DNA of 64,000 nt from a virus. Under the pieces are notes generated by a model. That model made no database searches, had not been told where the DNA came from, and was given only the letters and a program-made list of their open reading frames with translations. This document shows positions 59,301-64,000 of the stretch, one piece after another. The stretch lies in the IMG/VR virus record IMGVR_UViG_3300046355_000046, positions 1 to 64,000 of that record. One strand, 5' to 3'. The position numbers and the translations under genes are program-made. Every line of letters begins with the position of its first letter. Position 1 is the first letter of the stretch.

Positions 59301-61801
59301 CTAAGTTTGATTCTACAGCAGCTAAAATGGTTCTTCTAAAAAAGAAGTTTTTAACATGGGCTAGTGCTAGAGGGATATCTGCAGATAAAGCCATGGAAAT
59401 GATTCTTCAGATAGATGAGAAAGGTAACTGGAATGGTAACTTCTTAAATAAATATAAGTCAGAGTTCAGAGAACAAAAGAACAAAGCCATATTATCTGGT
59501 AACAGTAAGTGGATTGTAGATAATATGAACTATGATAAAGAGAAGTATGAGGCTGCAGAAAAAAGAACTATAGAAAATTTCAGAAGTGTTGGTTATGCTT
59601 TAGATGAAGAAGCTAATGAGAAGATAGTACAAAAAAAGATTAAAGAGTGGGCTCTTAATCATAAGGTTGTTAATGATAATGGAACTGTTAACATTAAAGC
59701 TTTGCTTAATCCTACTAATGGTTTTTTAATACCGGCTGATCAATGGCTTACAGATAAGTGGTTAAACCTACAAAAGCCTGAGAACCAAGCACTTAAAGAT
59801 GTGTATGATTTCTTCCAATCATTAATTGATGAGGCAGAAGATTTAGGTATGTTAGATAAAAATTCTAAAAACTTTATTCCGTCTGTATTTGCTTCTAAGA
59901 TTGATCAGTTTGCTTTTGGGGATGTAAGAAATCTATTCTCTACTAAAGGGGTATTTGAAAATCTACAAGTAGATGCAGGTAATACATATACACCAGAGAT
60001 TGATCCAACTGATGGTACTATCATTAATCGTATTCCTGTATACTTTACTTCAGATATTGGCGTGAAGAATGAAGAAACAGGAGAAGTAGACTACTCTAAA
60101 AAGTCTAGAGACTTATTTAAAGTGTTTGCTGTATGGTCAGCTCATATGTATAACTATGAAGCTATGCATGAGATTGAAGACTCTTCTCAAATGTTATTAG
60201 ATGTTGAGCGTAATAAGCGTAGCTTGGTTACGGATCAGTTTGGTAATGTTAAAATAGAAAATGGTAAAGCTAAGTCTGCAGATAATAATGACAGAAATGC
60301 TAAAATCTTTGAAGAGTTTGTAAACTTCTATTTATATGACAGAGTTGGTGGTAAGTTTAACGATGCTAAACTTACAATACTAAATAAAGAATACTCATTA
60401 TTAAAGACAGGACAAGCTGCTATGAGATTCTTTAGTCTTAAGACGTTAGCATTAAGTCCATTGTCTGGTACAGCACAGTTTGTTGGTGGTACAGGTAATG
60501 CTTTGTTCATGGCTCAGAAAGGTATTTACTTTACTAATAAGACATGGGCTAAAGCTATGTACACTGCATCAGGAAGTAAGAAAGCTTGGGCCGCATTAAA
60601 GTTCATGAACGTACTTGGTGAAGGTAATACAAATGTTATGATAGAAGAGCTAAGCTTATCTGCAACTAACAGAGTATTGACTACAGAAAATGCATACATC
60701 ATGATGCGTATGGGTGATAAGGCTGTACAGTACCCAGTAGCTATTGCTATGATGATGGAGCATATGGTGCAAGACGGTAAGATTGTTAGTATACAGCAGT
60801 TTGTAAAAGCTAAGTATAACTACAATACAGAGTTTTATAACTTACCTAGTGCTGAGCGTAAAGCTTTGATGAAGAAGATAGACCAAGAAGTTGGTGAGCT
60901 TCAAGAAAAAGAAAGTGTTTACGTTAAAGGTGTAATGGATAAAGATGGTAATTTTACTATACCAGGAATAGAAAAAGATAGTGAAACATTTTCAGACTTT
61001 AGAAATAAGATTAAGGGTGTTAACAAGCGTATTGTTGGTAACCAATCTAGAGATGATATTAACAATATTAGAACTACTCTATTAGGTCAAGCTTTTATGC
61101 AATTTAGATCATGGATGCCAGAGATGGTTGAAGAAAGACTTGAAGGACTTAAGTATGATGATGAATTGCAGAACTGGACATATGGTAAGTTTCACTCATT
61201 CTTTGGTCATGTGTTTAGTAAAAAACTTCCTAAGCTTCTTAAAGCTATTATGACTGGGTTTGGAGATGACGCTGTACTATTAGCTAAAGAAAAGTATGAA
61301 GAACTTAAACGTGAAGCATATGAGAAAGGAGAAGACTTTACTATTACTGAAGGAGAATTTGTAGATATTCATATTGGTAATCTACGCTCTATGGTAGCTG
61401 AACTTATGACACTTACTGCATTTGCTTCTGCTGTTCTATCTGTTGTATCTGGAGATGATGGTAATAGAAGAAACAAAGGAATGAAACAGTATTTATCTAG
61501 AGCTCTTAAAAAGTACTACAATGAATTTGCATTTTACTACAACCCTATTGAACTAACTAGATTAATGAGATCTCCTTTACCTGTTGTAAGCTTAGCTGAA
61601 GATATGGTTAGATTCTTAGGAGCTTTAAATAAAGAAGCTGCAGGTCAGTTAGTTGGAAATAAAGATTGGACAGAATCAGCAAAACCATTGAAGTACTTTA
61701 CTAAGATGGTACCAGTAGCTAAAGAAGCTATGTTACTATTTGCCACCTATGACGATGACTTCAGAAAAGATTGGGGTATAAAAATAGAACCAGGATACTA
61801 A
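56384..61801 (+). CDS. Polyvalent virion protein: ART-like, degenerate zincin, PD-(D/E)xK nuclease and helical C-terminus (1805 aa)
   Basis: FKDWFGDW..DENGEP; VYHGT..YFS..GYDSVV..AVFEPQQI; LPEEAAH; SEVKV..IDLVV..IYDWKS..YRIQLENY. Confidence 0.75.
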   Translation: MGCSIIRNPETKQIERVLAPNGKESRLYEDILSIIGSKAKEDALKLWAQVYTTKFKDWFGDWERLERIRREDPGMDAGTFETVNAFVSKDIDENGEPKILNGLFTDRNGNVRMFYNALETNEAQLNEDYLFNTPFTTEIRELEEDSEAFFRRNRELASIGSPQQYSEYLNTVFPGSRIKSIVYHGTFLKDLIKDGFKGYVTYFSTSKKYSDQFSFGKDENIIRAVVNIQNPYTAPSEIADVPEEVHDTDAFTAPRVVKSRNSGYDSVVGKDAGQEKGDTIAVFEPQQILVLGSKEDIEGFRRFVSPSLTAKDIEEGTRPEDVKNKITKFLEKIGVAIQSVDVIRDAQGNIVKDAAAKASMLNKIIQVVDGLESLDTLPEEAAHFFVEMLGPGHPLYKEMVSKITGYKVYAQTVEQYKNKAAYRNADGTINFDKIKKEAIGQVIAEHILKMQTGNETQERMNFLMNWWTKLWDFVKEIFNKSEDNPFETAAENILDGNTEFLDTDIQLDEEYYQLVDPTQGLKMDQTNIELDNSIDPRTGQKRHIYKYKGENAKGSVTSTYVDRWLKKIFRSDQRSEKQKLIDLNKAEFGDVIHKQIQNIVNSWTYDDGSKRDVQGPINIILPNAVYTRLNTYIQSVMAQYEPGTQFMSEVKVFDQKAKIGGSIDLVVIQPNGVVDIYDWKSQEVGKTQTDLKTYKETMYRIQLENYRKILQLQYGFQKFGKLRAIPMRTKFTIKNGQIDTIKELEVGNIDPTLIPDDKSYLLPVTLRTESTGDSQMDSLLEKLNGIYDKIDKTRYTKEELYKKREELAQLRVAIRDLQLKNKVDRLVELGLLEYKKYAEMLDNKTLSGKELQDAIKILQVFSESGVLLYDLREQYFNVAQNSKKKGAIAEYEDLNKRFLTMTSRVTKLIADLDIYRKEQVDNLAKKNGIFNILDAEAPLSTYRGLLSALSNIPQRSFRLFSKILRVVQNNRDAKFDSTAAKMVLLKKKFLTWASARGISADKAMEMILQIDEKGNWNGNFLNKYKSEFREQKNKAILSGNSKWIVDNMNYDKEKYEAAEKRTIENFRSVGYALDEEANEKIVQKKIKEWALNHKVVNDNGTVNIKALLNPTNGFLIPADQWLTDKWLNLQKPENQALKDVYDFFQSLIDEAEDLGMLDKNSKNFIPSVFASKIDQFAFGDVRNLFSTKGVFENLQVDAGNTYTPEIDPTDGTIINRIPVYFTSDIGVKNEETGEVDYSKKSRDLFKVFAVWSAHMYNYEAMHEIEDSSQMLLDVERNKRSLVTDQFGNVKIENGKAKSADNNDRNAKIFEEFVNFYLYDRVGGKFNDAKLTILNKEYSLLKTGQAAMRFFSLKTLALSPLSGTAQFVGGTGNALFMAQKGIYFTNKTWAKAMYTASGSKKAWAALKFMNVLGEGNTNVMIEELSLSATNRVLTTENAYIMMRMGDKAVQYPVAIAMMMEHMVQDGKIVSIQQFVKAKYNYNTEFYNLPSAERKALMKKIDQEVGELQEKESVYVKGVMDKDGNFTIPGIEKDSETFSDFRNKIKGVNKRIVGNQSRDDINNIRTTLLGQAFMQFRSWMPEMVEERLEGLKYDDELQNWTYGKFHSFFGHVFSKKLPKLLKAIMTGFGDDAVLLAKEKYEELKREAYEKGEDFTITEGEFVDIHIGNLRSMVAELMTLTAFASAVLSVVSGDDGNRRNKGMKQYLSRALKKYYNEFAFYYNPIELTRLMRSPLPVVSLAEDMVRFLGALNKEAAGQLVGNKDWTESAKPLKYFTKMVPVAKEAMLLFATYDDDFRKDWGIKIEPGY

Positions 61802-61802
61802 T

Positions 61803-61830
61803 AAAAAAGGGGGACTAATTATCCCCCTTT
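61803..61830. terminator. Bidirectional terminator between convergent modules
   Basis: AAAAAAGGGGGA-CTAATTA-TCCCCCTTT; A-run and T-run flank the stem; gene orientation flips here. Confidence 0.8.
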
Positions 61831-62018
61831 AATTTTATATTGATAGTCATAAGAGCTATGACTATACCAAAACTTATAGATGCGTATTTGGTCAAGATAA
61901 AAGTTTTATCTGGTCTTATACCATCACACATGTTTAATACTTCACACTCTATACCAAACAGACTTCTGTCTGCATTGAATAAAGAGAATGATACTGTTGG
62001 CATTTTGTTAATCTGCAT
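61815..62018 (-). CDS. Hypothetical protein (67 aa)
   Basis: Starts 1 nt after the stop of 62020..62460 on the same strand. Confidence 0.6.
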   Translation of the reverse strand: MQINKMPTVSFSLFNADRSLFGIECEVLNMCDGIRPDKTFILTKYASISFGIVIALMTINIKLKGDN

Positions 62019-62019
62019 A

Positions 62020-62460
62020 TTATTTGGTTTTTGTTTCTACTGTAAATGGATGTCTACCGATGTAGCAATCTTCTGGTAGGCCCATATGTTTTTTAAATCC
62101 GTTGAGTAAGCTATGAATATTGCTAGCTCCAACAGGGTTATGACTATGTACAGAACATCCTTTTAAAGGTACGTTATTTTCCTGACAATACTCTACTAAC
62201 CACTTAGCACAGTCTAGACCAGTCTTCTCAGTATACTCATCATAGTTTGGATGCTGATAGCCTAGTGCTAACTTTTGTCTAAAGTAGTCATCAATATGTT
62301 CATCAGCTAAGTCATGATCAAATGATATAAGATCAGGCATACCATGAGTACTGATCCATTCTACAAATTGTGCGTAGTTTCTAACTACAAACCAAGATTC
62401 GTACCCCGGAATAGTTTCCGTTGGGGTACGCTGGTCATCTAAATAGAGAGCTTTCTTCAT
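62020..62460 (-). CDS. Stand-alone receiver-like protein (cyclic-phosphate processing REC, cREC-like)
   Basis: LYLDDQR...VVRNY..F...PDLISFDHDL...TGLDCAKWL...VHSHNPVG signature. Confidence 0.75.
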   Translation of the reverse strand: MKKALYLDDQRTPTETIPGYESWFVVRNYAQFVEWISTHGMPDLISFDHDLADEHIDDYFRQKLALGYQHPNYDEYTEKTGLDCAKWLVEYCQENNVPLKGCSVHSHNPVGASNIHSLLNGFKKHMGLPEDCYIGRHPFTVETKTK

Positions 62461-62463
62461 ATT

Positions 62464-62766
62464 TTAGTCTTTAATAAATACACCGTTTACAGTTTTACCT
62501 GTACGGCTTTTAATCTCATTCCAAGCTGCTTCTAAACACTCTGCAGGTTCCATGCCTACTTGTTTAGCTAAAATAATTAAGGTCACAAATGCATCTCCTA
62601 TACCATCTTTAAGCTCTTCTTGCTTGTTCTTAGCTAAGGCTCCAGCAGTTTCACCTACTTCTTCCATAACTTTAAGCATCTGCTTAGGTGCATTTTCTGG
62701 TTTTAAGATGTTCTTATCTTCTGCCCATCCAATTACGTTGTCAATAAGTGTGTTAAAGTTTTCCAT
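62464..62766 (-). CDS. MazG-like nucleotide pyrophosphohydrolase
   Basis: KVMEEVGETAGA...LKDGIGDAFVTL...CLEAAWNEIKSRTG. Confidence 0.85.
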   Translation of the reverse strand: MENFNTLIDNVIGWAEDKNILKPENAPKQMLKVMEEVGETAGALAKNKQEELKDGIGDAFVTLIILAKQVGMEPAECLEAAWNEIKSRTGKTVNGVFIKD

Positions 62767-62770
62767 TGTT

Positions 62771-63193
62771 TTATTTTTGTTTAAGTAAATCTAATTCTGT
62801 TTTGAGTTCTATTAACTCTTGTTGCATAACTCTTTGGTTATCAACTAATTGTGTAATGTTCTGTTGTAGTTCATCTATTCTTTTACCAGATGATTTTATA
62901 ATTTTAGCGTACTCTGATAAATCAAAGGTAGATGTTTTAGTACATCCTACAGTTTCTCCATCACAAGTTGTCATAGTTATTACATTGATTCTAGTAGGTA
63001 GTTGTACACTTTCTAGATATCTATTATAATAAGGTTGGTCCATGTTAGCCATAGACTGTACCCAATCAGTCATTTCGATCTGAGTGAGTACAGTTGTTTG
63101 CATATTATCTACTAACCAAGCTTTTACTTCATCGTGTAGAAAGAACCTAGGTTTTTGACCTACTCTTTCTTGTGTTAATATTTCATCTATCAT
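62771..63193 (-). CDS. Hypothetical protein with C-terminal coiled coil
   Basis: Fits the - strand operon with short spacers. Confidence 0.65.
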   Translation of the reverse strand: MIDEILTQERVGQKPRFFLHDEVKAWLVDNMQTTVLTQIEMTDWVQSMANMDQPYYNRYLESVQLPTRINVITMTTCDGETVGCTKTSTFDLSEYAKIIKSSGKRIDELQQNITQLVDNQRVMQQELIELKTELDLLKQK

Positions 63194-63204
63194 TGTGTTG
63201 GTTT

Positions 63205-63999
63205 TTATCCCTCACAGCTAGCACACTCCAAAATGTTTCTTGTAAATGATTGAGCACTACTAATACTAAACTGATAGTAGAGAGTCTTTACTCCTTGCTC
63301 ATGAGCAAATAGATACAGCTGGTTGATATCTTTAGCTGGAATGGTAGGGTGAATCATTAGATTTAGAGACTGAGACTGATCAATAAACTTCTGTCTTGCA
63401 GCAGCTTGGATAATAATCTCTTTAGGACTAATCTCAATGAATGATTTAAATACAGCTTTTGTAGGGAAATCTAAATGCTGTACTGATCCATCTTTCTTAA
63501 GGATACTGTCCCAAGTCTCTGCATTATTAAGATTGTATTTTTCAAGCTCTTCTTCTAAGAAAGGATTCTTGTATACAGTCTTACTCTTAGCTAAGTCTTT
63601 AATAAAATAGTTAGACTTAATAGGCTCAATACCCATACTAACTTGACCGTGGATAAATGAACTAGACTTAGTAGGTGCAATTGCAACTAAAGTTGTATTA
63701 GCATAACCTGGTCTAATAGATTTAATTCCTTTAGTCTCACATAACATCTTAGATGTAGCATCAGATCTTTCTTTGATAGTCTTAAAGACTTCTACATTTA
63801 ACATCTTAGCTTGCATAGATTCAAACTCTACAAGCTTTGATTGTAAATATGTATGCCATCCTAGAACACCTAGTCCAATTGCTCTGTGATTTTTTGCAAA
63901 CCTGTGAGCTCTAGACATGCCCGGTAGTGTAGCAGCTTTAGTAATAAACTCATCAATCACTGCATTAAGAAACAGAGTATAAGTTTCAATAGCATCTGT
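63205..63999 (-). CDS. nrdA: Ribonucleotide reductase class I alpha subunit, C-terminal part (5'-truncated by window)
   Basis: RAIGLGVLG, NTTLVAIAPTKSSS, GIEP, QKFIDQSQSLN, GVKTLYY, terminal CASCEG; frame is open to the window edge. Confidence 0.93.
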   Translation of the reverse strand, partial: TDAIETYTLFLNAVIDEFITKAATLPGMSRAHRFAKNHRAIGLGVLGWHTYLQSKLVEFESMQAKMLNVEVFKTIKERSDATSKMLCETKGIKSIRPGYANTTLVAIAPTKSSSFIHGQVSMGIEPIKSNYFIKDLAKSKTVYKNPFLEEELEKYNLNNAETWDSILKKDGSVQHLDFPTKAVFKSFIEISPKEIIIQAAARQKFIDQSQSLNLMIHPTIPAKDINQLYLFAHEQGVKTLYYQFSISSAQSFTRNILECASCEG

Positions 64000-64000
64000 T

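Noticed and set aside
3163-60510. Many short - strand and alternate-frame ORFs in the track (e.g. 3163..3564, 11762..11962, 27706..28023, 49841..50179, 35216..35401)
   Set aside because: They lie wholly inside long, well-supported + strand genes and are low-complexity antisense shadows of biased codon usage.
61840-63029. + strand ORFs 61840..62079, 62552..62788, 62766..63029
   Set aside because: Antisense to a tightly packed - strand operon with recognisable products, and downstream of the terminator.
1-64000. Stop-codon reassignment (known in some crAss-like phages)
   Set aside because: The standard code already gives near-complete coding density, including a 4242-aa ORF. TAG and TGA are used as real stops (e.g. 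18815, 23922, 28756).
1-64000. tRNA, rRNA, CRISPR array, integrase or transposase
   Set aside because: Intergenic gaps are all under ~170 nt with no cloverleaf or repeat-spacer pattern, and no recombinase motifs were recognised.

Overview
The window is an AT-rich segment of a large dsDNA phage genome that looks crAss-like (Crassvirales-type podovirus). The host is probably a Bacteroidota/Flavobacteriia bacterium, judged from a TAnnTTTG promoter, the lack of Shine-Dalgarno sequences and an SprB-like repeat. From 1 to 61.8 kb is one + strand virion module. It runs: capsid-associated genes, a ~17 kb mosaic cluster of at least five tail fibres with accessory genes, Cys-rich FN3/Ig-like surface proteins, a metallophosphoesterase, HU/IHF, ring and tail-tube proteins, a tail stabiliser/muzzle, three putative cargo proteins, an ejection protein, a 4242-aa virion RNA polymerase (GSDFDIDK motif) and an 1805-aa polyvalent protein (ART-like, zincin-like, PD-(D/E)xK). 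A hairpin terminator at ~61.8 kb separates this from convergent - strand genes: a cREC-like receiver domain, a MazG-like gene and nrdA. The most interesting signal is three consecutive cargo genes (34.6-41.2 kb) built as strings of small unrelated modules joined by about 24 copies of a hydrophobic-x-x-Gly-Gly motif. This suggests protease-processed, capsid-packaged polyproteins. Also notable: the two giant proteins each carry a single terminal Cys, a promoter plus palindrome motif recurs with fixed spacing, and a hairpin loop is antisense to an AAACCAA motif found before several start codons. All family assignments come from motif recognition by eye; no searches were run.
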